From contig NIUT01000134.1 of the NCBI GenBank assembly GCA_002254365.1, forward strand, positions 3,252 through 67,251: a stretch of 64,000 bases of DNA. The letters are read 5' to 3'. Source of the DNA: Nitrospira sp. UW-LDO-01 (GTDB taxonomy: Bacteria; Nitrospirota; Nitrospiria; Nitrospirales; Nitrospiraceae). The notes below the pieces were generated by a model. That model saw only the letters and a program-made list of their open reading frames with translations, was not told the DNA's origin and did not search any database. Shown here piece by piece: positions 1 through 11,898 of this stretch (positions are counted from its first letter, which is position 1; every line of letters begins with the position of its first letter). A program made the position numbers and the translations under genes.

Positions 1-454
1 TCACGGCATCTTCAAATGCAGCGCGTACTTCTTTCTGCCACTTGATCTTCATTCCCCCGAGCAGGTAGGTCAGTTGACAGGCCGGTCCTTTCCAGAGCCG
101 AGATGGGGCATCAGGCAGGTCTGCATCCCCACCCGTCACGGCCGTGCCTTCCCAGGTCTTGCGTTGTTCGCATTTCACGCGAACGACGACGTCATGAGCC
201 TGCCCGACACTTCGAACGGCTGAGTAACCCACTTCAGTCAACCGTTGAACGACGGTGTCGACGAGGGGGGTGGAATCCGTTGTGCCCTTGTCAGTGAGAG
301 TCAGAACGTCGACGAACACCGTCTGAACCTTCTCCAGTTGAGTCCGTTGTTCAGGTGTAAAGTACTCGCGGTAGGCCAATCCCGCAGGCTCAAGCAGACT
401 CAGCACAACAGCGGATAGAAGTATGGGTACAACAATACGGAATGGATACTGCAT
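1..454 (-). CDS. Exported hypothetical protein, 5' part only (runs off the window start)
   Basis: Manual translation from ATG 454 (GAGGAG just upstream) gives MQYPFRIVVPILLSAVVLSLLEPAGLAYREYFTPEQR..., open to position 1, with a signal-peptide-like N-terminus. Confidence 0.7.
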   Translation of the reverse strand, partial: MQYPFRIVVPILLSAVVLSLLEPAGLAYREYFTPEQRTQLEKVQTVFVDVLTLTDKGTTDSTPLVDTVVQRLTEVGYSAVRSVGQAHDVVVRVKCEQRKTWEGTAVTGGDADLPDAPSRLWKGPACQLTYLLGGMKIKWQKEVRAAFEDAV

Positions 455-599
455 CTCCTCACTCCACTTCCACCACATCAGTTAAGTGGTAAGAGGCGCT
501 CACGGGTGCGATAGGAACTCGTTTCTCGGCTCAGTTTTAGTATACACCCGGTCGTTCATCCGACGGTGTCTGTCGATTCAAATTGTGGAGAAAGTGATA

Positions 600-629
600 T
601 TGACAGCTCCTCATTCCCAATGCTACGTT
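600..629 (+). promoter_or_regulatory. Sigma-70-type promoter of the atp F1 operon
   Basis: TTGACA (600-605), N18, extended -10 TGcTACGTT (621-629), 70 nt before atpH. Confidence 0.55.
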
Positions 630-699
630 CCCGAGCTCTGCTTCGTGACTTTCACGAAACTTTAAGGTCCGTCCAAATAATGTAGGTGAGTCGAGAACG

Positions 700-1239
700 G
701 TGATTAAAACAACAGTTGCGCGACGTTACGCACAGGCACTCTTCGAACTTCTTGACCAATCCAGCATCGAAGTGACGCGAAATGCTCTCGATAGCCTGGG
801 ACAGGCTCTGAAGGAGTCTGACCAGCTTCGACATGTCGTGGCGTCACCGGCGTTTAGTGTTGAGGAAAAGATCTCGGTGCTGCAGGGGCTGGCTGAGCGA
901 TTGGGATGTGTACAGACTGGTCAGGCCTTCCTGGGGCAATTGGTGAAGAAGAGCCGAGTCGGCTTCTTGCCCGAGATTGCTGTGGCGTTTGGAAAACTGG
1001 TTGATCAGGCAAAGGGCACTCAGCCGGTGACGGTGTCGTCGGCGACGGCACTGCCCACTACGGAACAAGAGCGAATTAAAGCGCGGCTACGGGACACACT
1101 CAAACGCGAAGTGGATGTCACGTTTCAGACCGACGCGAGTCATCTTGCCGGGCTGCAGATCCGTATCGGCAGCACGGTGGTCGACAGCACTGTCCAGGGT
1201 CGCCTGCGCGACCTGCACGTGGTGTTGACACGAGAATAA
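700..1239 (+). CDS. atpH: ATP synthase F1 subunit delta
   Basis: [12 protein letters not shown]-terminus, C-terminal [15 protein letters not shown]; directly upstream of atpA. Confidence 0.95.
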   Translation: MIKTTVARRYAQALFELLDQSSIEVTRNALDSLGQALKESDQLRHVVASPAFSVEEKISVLQGLAERLGCVQTGQAFLGQLVKKSRVGFLPEIAVAFGKLVDQAKGTQPVTVSSATALPTTEQERIKARLRDTLKREVDVTFQTDASHLAGLQIRIGSTVVDSTVQGRLRDLHVVLTRE

Positions 1240-1249
1240 AGGAGTCGTC

Positions 1250-2770
1250 ATGCAGATCAGGGCCGAAGAAATCAGTGCGATCATCAAGGAAAAGATCAAG
1301 GGGTTCGACAAGCAGGTTGATGTCAAGGAAACGGGCTCAGTCATTCAGGTCGGCGACGGCATTGCCAAGGTCTATGGCTTAGATGGGGCCATGGCCGGAG
1401 AGATGTTGGAGTTCCCTGGCGGACTCTATGGCATCGCGCTGAACCTTGAAGAGGACAATGTCGGCGCCGTGTTGATGGGTGACGACGTCGGAATCAAGGA
1501 AGGCGATCCGGTCAAGCGGACCGGCCGCATCGCGGAAATTCCGGTCGGCGAAGCGCTCGTTGGTCGCGTCGTCAATGCCATCGGTCAGCCGATCGACGGT
1601 AAGGGACCAATCCAGTCCCCGCATCATTCCCGAATCGAAGTGGTGGCTCCTGGTGTGAATACCCGTCAATCCGTCCACGAACCGCTGCAGACCGGTATCA
1701 AGGCAATCGATGCCATGATTCCAATCGGTCGTGGTCAGCGCGAGCTGATCATCGGCGATCGCCAGACCGGCAAGACGGCTATTGCGGTGGATACGATCAT
1801 TAATCAAAAGGGTCTGGGCGTCTTCTGTATTTACGTGGCCGTCGGTCAGAAGCGCTCGACGGTTGCCCGTGTGGTGAAGACACTCGAGGAAAACCATGCG
1901 ATGGAGTACAGCATGGTCGTATCGGCAAGCGCCAGCGACCCGGCCCCCATGCAGTTTCTAGCACCTTTCGCCGGTGCGGCCATCGGAGAATATTTCCGCG
2001 ATAACGGCAAGCATGCGTTGATCGTCTACGACGATTTATCGAAGCACGCCGTGGCCTATCGTCAGCTCTCGCTCTTGCTTCGTCGGCCACCGGGACGCGA
2101 AGCCTATCCGGGCGATGTGTTCTATCTGCACTCGCGCTTGCTGGAGCGGGCAGCCAAGCTCAGCGAAAAACTCGGAGGGGGAAGCCTCACAGCTCTGCCC
2201 ATCATTGAAACGCAAGCGGGTGACGTGTCGGCCTATATTCCAACGAACGTCATCTCGATCACGGACGGGCAGATCTATCTCGGTAGCGATCTATTCTATT
2301 CGGGTATTCGTCCGGCTATTAACGTCGGATTGTCAGTCTCCCGCGTCGGTGGATCCGCTCAGATTAAGACGATGAAACAGGTGGCCGGTACGCTCCGGTT
2401 GGACCTCGCCCAGTATCGTGAAATGGCGGCCTTTGCCCAGTTCGGTAGCGAGCTCGACAAGGCAACCCAGCTCCAGTTGGCACGTGGCGTGCGCATGGTG
2501 GAGTTGCTCAAACAGGGACAGTATAAGCCGATGCCGGTAGCGGATCAGGTGCTCTCCATCTACGCGGGTACGCAGGGATTCCTCGATGACGTGGCGGTGG
2601 ACAAGGTTCAGCAGTTTGAGGCGGACCTTCTGCACTATATTCAACAGAATCATCCGGATCTGAAGAAGGAAGTGACGACGATCGGCAAGATCGACGACAA
2701 GGTCGGTGGCCGGTTGAAAGAGATTATCTCGACCTTCAAGCAAAAGATGGGATACGGAGCAAAAGCCTAA
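1250..2770 (+). CDS. atpA: ATP synthase F1 subunit alpha
   Basis: GDRQTGKT Walker [27 protein letters not shown]. Confidence 0.99.
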   Translation: MQIRAEEISAIIKEKIKGFDKQVDVKETGSVIQVGDGIAKVYGLDGAMAGEMLEFPGGLYGIALNLEEDNVGAVLMGDDVGIKEGDPVKRTGRIAEIPVGEALVGRVVNAIGQPIDGKGPIQSPHHSRIEVVAPGVNTRQSVHEPLQTGIKAIDAMIPIGRGQRELIIGDRQTGKTAIAVDTIINQKGLGVFCIYVAVGQKRSTVARVVKTLEENHAMEYSMVVSASASDPAPMQFLAPFAGAAIGEYFRDNGKHALIVYDDLSKHAVAYRQLSLLLRRPPGREAYPGDVFYLHSRLLERAAKLSEKLGGGSLTALPIIETQAGDVSAYIPTNVISITDGQIYLGSDLFYSGIRPAINVGLSVSRVGGSAQIKTMKQVAGTLRLDLAQYREMAAFAQFGSELDKATQLQLARGVRMVELLKQGQYKPMPVADQVLSIYAGTQGFLDDVAVDKVQQFEADLLHYIQQNHPDLKKEVTTIGKIDDKVGGRLKEIISTFKQKMGYGAKA

Positions 2771-2778
2771 GCACCGGA

Positions 2779-2863
2779 TTGAGTTTTGAGCAGTCAGGCA
2801 TGAGAGACGGGCGGCAGGGAGCCGGGTTGTCGTCTCAGCCCTCAGCACTCGGTCCACAGCCCT
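2779..2863. repeat. Heptamer-built imperfect intergenic palindrome
   Basis: Left TTGAGTT-TTGAGCA; right CTCAGCC-CTCAGCA-CTCGGTC-CACAGCC (period 7). Confidence 0.5.
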
Positions 2864-2873
2864 AAAGAATACG

Positions 2874-3752
2874 ATGCCAAGTCTTCAATCACTACGCCGC
2901 AAGATTTCAGCCTTTAAGAATACGCAGAAAATTACCAAAGCCATGAAGATGGTGGCCGCGGCCAAGCTCAAGCGGTCCCAGGACCGCATCCTGGCCGCGC
3001 GCCCTTATGCGCATAAAATGCGCGGAGTGTTGAGTAACCTGAGCCAGCGCGTGAACCGCTCTTCTCATCCCCTTCTGCAGAAGCGTGAGGGGAAGAAGGT
3101 CGAAGTGCTCGTGGTGACGAGCGACCGAGGACTCTGTGGTGGCTTCAACGGCAATATCGCCCGCAAGAGTTCTGAATTCGTTCGGCAGTGTGAAGCCCGA
3201 GGGCTCCAAGTGAATCTGAGCATAATCGGTCGCAAGGGACGGGATTACTTTCGTCGCCGTGCGTGGCCGATTCGACAAGAATGGACCGGTGTCTTCGATA
3301 AGTTAAGCTTCGAGCATGCCATCGATATCGGTGGCGACCTCACGGATAATTTTGTCAAAGGCACATTCGACGAACTCTATGTCGTCTACAATGAATTCAA
3401 GTCGGCTATTCAGCAGCGGGTCATTGTCGAAAAGCTCTTCCCGATCGATGCTCAAGAGGAGTTTAGTGCAGCTTCCAGTGAAGGTCTCTTGAGTGGGAGT
3501 TATCTCTACGAACCGGAAGAGGCGGAGCTGTTGGCGGCCTTGATCCCGAAACATTTTCAGATCCAGGCCTATCGGATTTTGTTGGAGTCTGCTGCAGCCG
3601 AGCATGGGGCCCGCATGGCCGCGATGGACGGCGCCACGCGTAACGCCGGCCAGCTCATCAAGAAAGTGACGCTGTATTACAACAAGACCAGGCAGGCGGC
3701 GATTACGAAAGAGTTGATGGATATCGTCGGCGGTGCCGAAGCGTTGAAATAA
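2874..3752 (+). CDS. atpG: ATP synthase F1 subunit gamma
   Basis: KITKAMKMVAAAK, SDRGLCGGFN, YNKTRQAAITKELMDIVGGAEAL. Confidence 0.99.
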   Translation: MPSLQSLRRKISAFKNTQKITKAMKMVAAAKLKRSQDRILAARPYAHKMRGVLSNLSQRVNRSSHPLLQKREGKKVEVLVVTSDRGLCGGFNGNIARKSSEFVRQCEARGLQVNLSIIGRKGRDYFRRRAWPIRQEWTGVFDKLSFEHAIDIGGDLTDNFVKGTFDELYVVYNEFKSAIQQRVIVEKLFPIDAQEEFSAASSEGLLSGSYLYEPEEAELLAALIPKHFQIQAYRILLESAAAEHGARMAAMDGATRNAGQLIKKVTLYYNKTRQAAITKELMDIVGGAEALK

Positions 3753-3759
3753 GTAGGTT

Positions 3760-5286
<1,527 letters not shown>

Positions 5287-5288
5287 AT

Positions 5289-5385
5289 AGGCGGCTGAAC
5301 CGAGCGCCCTCCGTGCTCGCGCAACGCGCGGTCTCGGAAGGCCCTCGTTGCATGCGCGCGGTTGAGGACACATCGGTTCCCGCCT
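5289..5385. repeat. REP/MITE-like palindromic insertion between atpD and atpC
   Basis: Ends AGGCGGCTGAACCGA ... TCGGTTCCCGCCT are imperfect inverted repeats; internal GCGCG-rich stems. Confidence 0.5.
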
Positions 5386-5410
5386 TAGGGTGGGATGAAG
5401 GAAGAGCGAG

Positions 5411-5833
5411 ATGCCAGGGAAGTTTTTATTAGAGGTTGTGACACCGGAAAAACTCCTCTTGAGTCAGCAGGTCGATGAAGTCATTGCACCTGGCTCAGAG
5501 GGTGAATTCGGGGTGTTGGTAGGGCATTGTCATTTTCTGTCGACCCTCCGGATCGGCGAACTCCGTTATCGGATCGATCAAGAGACCCATTCGATGGCGG
5601 TACTCTGGGGGTTTGCAGAGGTCACTCCGACTAAAGTCACGATCATGGCTGAGGTTGCTGAAAAAGCGGAAGATATCGATGTGGAGCGCGCAACCGCCAA
5701 GGTGGCTGAAGCTGAACGGCGACTTCAGGCCGGTGGCTTGCCGTCTGAAGTCAAAGAGGCCCAGGTGAGTCTGGAAAAAGCTCGCCTCCGTAAAAAAATT
5801 GCCGAGCGCGCTAAGAAACCAAGCCACGCCTAA
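5411..5833 (+). CDS. atpC: ATP synthase F1 subunit epsilon
   Basis: LEVVTPEK, GSEGEFGVLVGH, GFAEV, C-terminal helical hairpin. Confidence 0.96.
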   Translation: MPGKFLLEVVTPEKLLLSQQVDEVIAPGSEGEFGVLVGHCHFLSTLRIGELRYRIDQETHSMAVLWGFAEVTPTKVTIMAEVAEKAEDIDVERATAKVAEAERRLQAGGLPSEVKEAQVSLEKARLRKKIAERAKKPSHA

Positions 5834-5968
5834 TCTCACGGTTTGTCCCCGCCCCTTCTTCTACACCCTTTTCCTGCAGTCGGACCATGGTTCAGTGCGA
5901 CTTTTCGTCCTATCCCTGAACGCTGCTCCGGTCAATTGCCAGTCGCATTCGATGAGCTAGCAGGGGAT

Positions 5969-6973
5969 ATGATCACGGAATTTCTCATCACAGCCGGAGA
6001 GCAGCCTAAGCGGTTGGATATCTTTCTCGTCGGTCGAGAGCGAGATGCCTCCCGATCTTCGTTGCAGCGGTTGATTGAATTGGGCCGTATCCGAGTCAAT
6101 GACCAGGTAGTGAAACCCAGCCACAAAATTAAACCAGGCGACCGGATCACGATGGATGTTCCGAAGCCGGAACCGCTCTCCATGAAAGGAGAAGCGATCC
6201 CGCTCGAGGTCTTGTTTGAGGATGATGCTCTGCTGGTCTTAGATAAGCCACCCGGTATCGTGGTCCATCCGGCGCCGGGTAATTGGAGCGGGACGCTGGT
6301 GAACGCACTGTTGCATCACTTCCAAACTTCCGGCGGGACTATTTCAACAATCGGTGGGAAGGAACGTCCTGGGCTGGTTCATCGTTTGGATAAGGAAACC
6401 TCCGGTGTCATGGTGATTACAAAGACCGATACCGCGCATCGGGCTCTTGCTGCCCAGTTCAAACTCCACACGATCACCAGAGTCTATGAAGCACTGGTCT
6501 GGGGAGTACCCAAAAAGGGAAGAGGGCTGATTGATCTCGCCATTGGGCGAGATAGTAAAGACCGAAAGAAGTTCTCCCCAAGAACGACGAGTCCCAAGGA
6601 GTCTGTGACCGAATATGTGGTGACCCGACGGTATGGTAAAGTAGCCGCACATGTCTTGCTCTATCCGCAAACCGGACGGACGCACCAGTTGCGGGTGCAT
6701 CTCACTTCATTGGGCCATCCCATTCTGGGCGATCGCACCTATGGCGGCAACAAAGTGATGGCTCTTGGGGACATCGAGATCCCACGTGTGATGCTTCATG
6801 CTAGGACGTTAGGTTTTACGCATCCAACGTCAGCCGCGAGAGAGGAATTCATGAGGCCGTTCCCTGCGGATATGGAGCGCGTCATTCATGCACTCGAACA
6901 CCTGAATGCCACGGGGGATCGGGTGCCCATTAGTACAACGACGATAGGAACAGCCGAGGAGGAGCGATGTTGA
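5969..6973 (+). CDS. rluD: RluA-family 23S rRNA pseudouridine synthase (RluD-like, S4 domain)
   Basis: RLDIFL S4 domain, VHRLDKETSG catalytic motif, TGRTHQLRVH; start moved to ATG 5969. Confidence 0.88.
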   Translation: MITEFLITAGEQPKRLDIFLVGRERDASRSSLQRLIELGRIRVNDQVVKPSHKIKPGDRITMDVPKPEPLSMKGEAIPLEVLFEDDALLVLDKPPGIVVHPAPGNWSGTLVNALLHHFQTSGGTISTIGGKERPGLVHRLDKETSGVMVITKTDTAHRALAAQFKLHTITRVYEALVWGVPKKGRGLIDLAIGRDSKDRKKFSPRTTSPKESVTEYVVTRRYGKVAAHVLLYPQTGRTHQLRVHLTSLGHPILGDRTYGGNKVMALGDIEIPRVMLHARTLGFTHPTSAAREEFMRPFPADMERVIHALEHLNATGDRVPISTTTIGTAEEERC

Positions 6974-7389
6974 CCGCGGAGGTGTTAGATGCGTTAGGCG
7001 GCCTCACGGCTCACGTCAAAAGTTATGCGGCGACCCTTCCCTCCATCGTACATTTGAAGGCAGTGCCTTCCGGGATGAAACCTTCTGTGGAGGCGATTGT
7101 CAGCTATGAGGCGATTGTCTCACGAACACAACGTCAAAGTGCCGGCACTCCATACAAAACGCTCAATGAATCATTGGTCTGCTCATTGGAAGCCTTCGAA
7201 CAGGGGAATTTGATCGGGGCCGTCCAGGCACTCCTTACCGTAATCGACCAGCTGGAACGCATGCATCGAGATCAAGAGATTAAGGCCGGACGCATGGACG
7301 AGAAGCGACTCACGGAGTACCGCGTGGTCCTACGAAAAGTGCTTCCCGGGAACCAGCCGGAGCTGGCAGAGACAGGGCGAGGTTTGTAA
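6967..7389 (+). CDS. Hypothetical protein
   Basis: 140-aa ORF overlapping the rluD end, GGAG RBS. Confidence 0.7.
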   Translation: MLTAEVLDALGGLTAHVKSYAATLPSIVHLKAVPSGMKPSVEAIVSYEAIVSRTQRQSAGTPYKTLNESLVCSLEAFEQGNLIGAVQALLTVIDQLERMHRDQEIKAGRMDEKRLTEYRVVLRKVLPGNQPELAETGRGL

Positions 7390-7484
7390 GGGGCCGTGTT
7401 GAACAATATGCGCTGAGCCCATAGTTTGTCAGGGGAGGGGGGAGCGCACGCTTGTCATCCATGACTCAAAAATCAGGGGTGCGG

Positions 7485-7664
7485 TTAGTGCCCCATTTTT
7501 GGTCCTAAGGCATTGGATCCAGCCGTGACCAGCTTGAATCGCGCAAGGCTCCCACAGTGGGGGCACTTTGCACGAACTGTTTCGGCGTCGAGTATTTCAT
7601 ACTCATCCGCGCGTAGCCACATGAGTTGGAAGCATTTAGAACAGGTACGGACTTGCGTTGACAT
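7485..7664 (-). CDS. Small Zn-finger/Zn-ribbon protein (59 aa)
   Basis: MSTQVRTCSKC...KCPHCG: two CxxC motifs; GAGGA RBS before ATG 7664. Confidence 0.7.
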   Translation of the reverse strand: MSTQVRTCSKCFQLMWLRADEYEILDAETVRAKCPHCGSLARFKLVTAGSNALGPKMGH

Positions 7665-7713
7665 TGGTTTCCTCGTACACTTCAGATCTATCCGAGGGAT
7701 ACTGTAGTATAAG

Positions 7714-8145
7714 ATGCCTTCAACCCTCAAGCCTGCTGTCAGCTATTCTCATCATGAACTTCCTGAAGCCTCGCAGCTCCTAGGACTCTTTCGGCAGGCT
7801 CCATGGGCGAAAGACCGCTCTCTGGATGATGCCAAAGAAATGCTCCAGCGTACAGATCTCACCATCTGTGCGTGGGAGGGCAAGCGGCTGATTGGATTTG
7901 GGCGCGTCCTCACTGATTTTATCTATCGTGCAACCATCTGGGACGTGATCGTCGATCGGGCCTATCAAGGGCAGGGTATTGGCACCGAGATCGTGAAGAG
8001 GATTCTCAACCACCCACAATTGCAACGGGTGGAGCTTTTTTGGCTCTGTACCAGGCGTCCTGGTTTTTATGAGCGGCTTGGCTTCAGTTCCAAGGAACAG
8101 ACTGGGATGGTCTGGAATCGGAGCAAGAATAGCCGACTTGAGTAG
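7714..8145 (+). CDS. GNAT-family N-acetyltransferase
   Basis: LIGFGRV, DVIVDRAYQGQGIG acetyl-CoA motif, GFYERLGF. Confidence 0.9.
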   Translation: MPSTLKPAVSYSHHELPEASQLLGLFRQAPWAKDRSLDDAKEMLQRTDLTICAWEGKRLIGFGRVLTDFIYRATIWDVIVDRAYQGQGIGTEIVKRILNHPQLQRVELFWLCTRRPGFYERLGFSSKEQTGMVWNRSKNSRLE

Positions 8146-8204
8146 GAAAAAGATGAGCATGCTATGCGCGAAGAGAGTGCCGTCCTGTCCGTCCTAGGTG
8201 AGGC

Positions 8205-8834
8205 TCAAAAGAATATCTTTCCACCAAATAAGAAACCGAACGAAGAGGCGTTCCAGTCGTTGTTCCGGCCACCGGTGCCGGTCGTATGCCCGTCGTTACG
8301 CTTATAGGCCAACTCCAGATTGAGGGCGAACCGTTCGTTGAGCTGATAATCAGTCCCCCATCCTAATCGCCAGGCGAAGGTATTACTCGGGCTGATCCGA
8401 ATGGCGGTATCCTCACCAAAGCTGTTGACGTTCACACCAAAACTCATATTCACATAGGGGCTGAGTGGGCCTGATCTGCCTGGACGTATTTCAATCGTCG
8501 GTAGGACTGATACAGTATCCTGGTGTCCAAGGTCTACGTCTGGTTGTTCCACACTCACCCCATGGCGTTCCCACTCGAGCATCATCCCCACCAAGAACCA
8601 CGTATTGAGGCTGTACATTGCTTGGAAATTTACCAGCGGACCAATCGAAGTAGACGTCCCTTCCGACAGCTGTTGGGTCAGTGGCGAAAATCCGGCTCGA
8701 AATCCAACTATCCACCTGCCAGGTTCAATCCCCCCGAACTCTTGTGCAGATGTGAGAGTTGAAAAAGGGAAGGCCGAGACAAGCACAACAAACAGCACTC
8801 CAGCCACGGATCCCTTGCACCGTTGTTGGCGCAT
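8205..8834 (-). CDS. Outer-membrane beta-barrel protein (OmpA/OmpW-like)
   Basis: Signal peptide, alternating aromatic beta-strands, C-terminal Phe. Confidence 0.8.
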   Translation of the reverse strand: MRQQRCKGSVAGVLFVVLVSAFPFSTLTSAQEFGGIEPGRWIVGFRAGFSPLTQQLSEGTSTSIGPLVNFQAMYSLNTWFLVGMMLEWERHGVSVEQPDVDLGHQDTVSVLPTIEIRPGRSGPLSPYVNMSFGVNVNSFGEDTAIRISPSNTFAWRLGWGTDYQLNERFALNLELAYKRNDGHTTGTGGRNNDWNASSFGFLFGGKIFF

Positions 8835-9005
8835 TCCACACCTCCGTTCCCTTCTTAGGAGGAAAGCCGTTGAGCTATTACCCCAAGAAGCTTCTTCAGT
8901 ATCGGCAATCTAACACTACCAACAAGACCACTACGCAATACCATAGGTGAGTGACTGTGTTCACCCATTGTTTATGGCATTGTGTCAAAGAGAAGAACAA
9001 GTTGG

Positions 9006-9836
9006 CTAATGAGTGTGAACAACACCAGTACGTTTCAGGCGTTTGGGAGAGAGCAGGACCGCAGTAAAAAACATCGCGGTCGCTAACAACACAATCGCCG
9101 GCCCAGAGGGGATGTCCCAGATGGCGGAAATCAAGACTCCACATACCGAGGTCGTAATTCCGATGAGTGCCGAATACAATGTCAAGGTTCTTAGGCTATG
9201 GGTGAGTTGATAGGCGGTCGAAGCCGGAATCAGAATCATAGCAAAAACGAGAATGGCCCCCACGGTCTTGAGTGAGACAACAACGGTGAGTGCAACGAGG
9301 GTCAGTAATAGAAAAAACATTTGTCGAGCCGGAACTCCGGATGCTTCAGCCATTTCTTGATCGAACGCGATGAAATAGAGTTCTTTGGCAAACAGGAGCA
9401 GCAGGCTCAACACCAGTACACTCAATGCCCCGATGATACGAAGCTCCTCAGGCGTAACCGAAAGCACGCTGCCGAAGAGATAGCCGTATACCTCGGCATT
9501 GTAGGTCTTCATCAGTCCAATAAAGAGGATGCCCAGTGCCATGGTGGTGGTATAGAGAATGCCGATCGAGACGTCCAGCTTCATCCTGCCGCGCTCTTCA
9601 ACCCAGCCCGTAATCCAGACCGTAGCCAGGCCAAATAGAATAGCGAGCAACAAGGGCGGCCATCCCATCAAATAGCCGAGTGCGACACCTGCAAAGGCAG
9701 CGTGGGACGTTCCTGCACCAACGAAGGCGAGCCCCCGTAGGACAACAAACACGCCGATCACAGAGCAGAGCCCGCCTACCATCGCCGCGGCGAGGAGGGA
9801 GCGTTGCATGAAATCATAGGCGAGGAGATCAAGCAT
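9006..9836 (-). CDS. Zn/Mn ABC transporter permease (ZnuB/MntB type)
   Basis: FMQRSLLAA, SHAAFAGVALG, FDQEMA, GAILVFAMILIPA. Confidence 0.93.
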   Translation of the reverse strand: MLDLLAYDFMQRSLLAAAMVGGLCSVIGVFVVLRGLAFVGAGTSHAAFAGVALGYLMGWPPLLLAILFGLATVWITGWVEERGRMKLDVSIGILYTTTMALGILFIGLMKTYNAEVYGYLFGSVLSVTPEELRIIGALSVLVLSLLLLFAKELYFIAFDQEMAEASGVPARQMFFLLLTLVALTVVVSLKTVGAILVFAMILIPASTAYQLTHSLRTLTLYSALIGITTSVCGVLISAIWDIPSGPAIVLLATAMFFTAVLLSPKRLKRTGVVHTH

Positions 9837-9851
9837 AATCCGTCATTGCCA

Positions 9852-10670
9852 TTAGTGGTGATGATGGTAATCTTCGACGATCACGAGGTCCTTTTCAGTG
9901 ATGACAAGCTCTTTTCCATACACCTGGTGTAGGATTTCCGGCTTGAGGACATCGGCTGGAGGACCGGCGGCGTAGAGCTTGGTCTTAAGAAGGACCAAGC
10001 GATCTACTCGAGAACGGATCATATTGATGTCGTGGGTAATCAACAGCACGGTCAGTTTGAGGTTGTCATGAAGGTGCTGGACGAGCTCAATGACGTTGTG
10101 TTGCATGGCGATATCCAGTCCGGTGGTGGGTTCATCAAGGATCAGGACTTTGGGCTGCTGTGCCAACGCTCTGGCGATAAAGACTCGTTGTTGTTGCCCG
10201 CCGGATAGATGTCCGAGCGCCGTATCTTTGTGCGACTCCATTCCAACCTGGGTGAGGGCCTCCATCGCGATCTGGCGGTCCTTCTTCCCTGGCCGCTTCA
10301 GTAGCCCGAGCGCGCCATAGCGCCCCATCATGACTGTCTCAAGGACCGTCACCGGAAAGTTGCGATCGACCACGCCTTTTTGCGGAAGGTACCCGATCCG
10401 GGCTCGATGGTGACAGCGGAGTTCACTGCAGGCACAATCAAAAATATGAAGGTGGCCTTCTACCGGAGGAAGCAATCCTAGGACGGCACGGCAGAGTGTC
10501 GTTTTACCTGATCCGTTTGGACCGATCACACCGACGAACTCCCCGTCATAGATCGGCAGGGTGATATCCTTGAGCGCAATAAGCCCGGGGAAACCAAAGG
10601 ACGCATGATCAAAACAGATGATCGGACTGTGACCTGTGGAGACGGATTCCCTTGTTCCTTCCGGAGACAT
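9852..10670 (-). CDS. Zn/Mn ABC transporter ATP-binding subunit (ZnuC type)
   Basis: GPNGSGKT, LSGGQQQR, LILDEPT; start moved to ATG 10670. Confidence 0.93.
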   Translation of the reverse strand: MSPEGTRESVSTGHSPIICFDHASFGFPGLIALKDITLPIYDGEFVGVIGPNGSGKTTLCRAVLGLLPPVEGHLHIFDCACSELRCHHRARIGYLPQKGVVDRNFPVTVLETVMMGRYGALGLLKRPGKKDRQIAMEALTQVGMESHKDTALGHLSGGQQQRVFIARALAQQPKVLILDEPTTGLDIAMQHNVIELVQHLHDNLKLTVLLITHDINMIRSRVDRLVLLKTKLYAAGPPADVLKPEILHQVYGKELVITEKDLVIVEDYHHHH

Positions 10671-10692
10671 GAATGGATTTCCTGAGCGGCTG

Positions 10693-11610
10693 CTAGGTGG
10701 ACTCCAATGCGCCAACCAATTGGAGCACATTGTAACGAAGCATGTCGAGGTAACTGTCAGTTCCCGGAATTCCACCCGGCATGGTGGTCAGCACAACGAC
10801 ACGTGCTTTCGTATCCCGTGCCAGTAGCTCCGGGAGGCGTTGGCTCAACTGGATTTCTGAGGCGATCACTCGAATGTGCTGGCTCTTGATCTTTGCGATC
10901 AAGTGCTGAAGGTGAAGGGCGGAGGCCTCTGTGCCTGACTGGGTATGGATTGTGTCGACGATCTCAAGGGCAAATCGCTTGGCCAAGTATGGCCAAGCCG
11001 GATGATGGGCGATGAAACGCCGATCCGAAAGGCGTTGAGTACGAGTCATCAGCTGTTGCTGTACTTGCTCGAGCTGTTGCAGATATGTCTCTTGCTTAGC
11101 CTGAAAGTCAGCCGTGTGGGCCGGATCGATCTCGCTGAGCGCACGGGTAATGTGGCCCAGCATGATGGCGACATTCACGGGGTCCAGCCAAATATGAGGG
11201 TTTCCGGGAGACTCGTCCGTATGTGCACCGTGATGCATGTCGTCATGGACATCCCCACTATCTTGGAGCAGCACTACGCCTTGGGAGGTTGTGACCACAC
11301 GCAGCTTGGCACTCCCGGCGTTTTTCACCAACGATCCCACCCAGACTTCGAGTCCCAGGCCGACTTCGAACAACAGCTTAGCCTTCCGTACTGCAATCAG
11401 ATCACTGGGCTTTGGGGAGTAGGTATGCTCGTTTTCGTAGCCGCTCAACAAAGACTTCACCTCTACCCATGGCCCACCAACCTGCTCGGTCAGGTCTTTT
11501 AACACGGGAATGGTGACGACAATAGGGATCGGTTCACGAGCTTCTGCGGCCGCCGTGAAGAAGAGAGACGATAGGGTAAGGGCCAGGAGTGGAAACCTCA
11601 TATGCCGCAT
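10693..11610 (-). CDS. Zn/Mn ABC transporter substrate-binding protein (ZnuA/TroA type)
   Basis: Signal peptide, NEHTYSPKPSD, His-rich loop, NPHIWLDP; start approximate. Confidence 0.92.
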   Translation of the reverse strand: MRHMRFPLLALTLSSLFFTAAAEAREPIPIVVTIPVLKDLTEQVGGPWVEVKSLLSGYENEHTYSPKPSDLIAVRKAKLLFEVGLGLEVWVGSLVKNAGSAKLRVVTTSQGVVLLQDSGDVHDDMHHGAHTDESPGNPHIWLDPVNVAIMLGHITRALSEIDPAHTADFQAKQETYLQQLEQVQQQLMTRTQRLSDRRFIAHHPAWPYLAKRFALEIVDTIHTQSGTEASALHLQHLIAKIKSQHIRVIASEIQLSQRLPELLARDTKARVVVLTTMPGGIPGTDSYLDMLRYNVLQLVGALEST

Positions 11611-11898
11611 GCCTTTGGAGGTGAGAGGAAACATTGGCGGCGACCGTATCATCCATGTTTTCGCGCTGTCAACGCTATCCTGGGACTGTCGATCAAATAG
11701 GGAGTCGGCCACGTCGGTATGATGCAATGGCCTTGTTATGAAGGAACCAGCTGAGCGAGATGAGAACCAACCGTACAGACTTTTGCAATCTCTTGATCGG
11801 CCCTGTCCATTCGTCTCCTTGACCATGGGCGCCAGTTCGATTAGCGTAGCGGACATCCCCTCCATGAGACAAAATGTGGTGACGAAAGGATACCGCTG

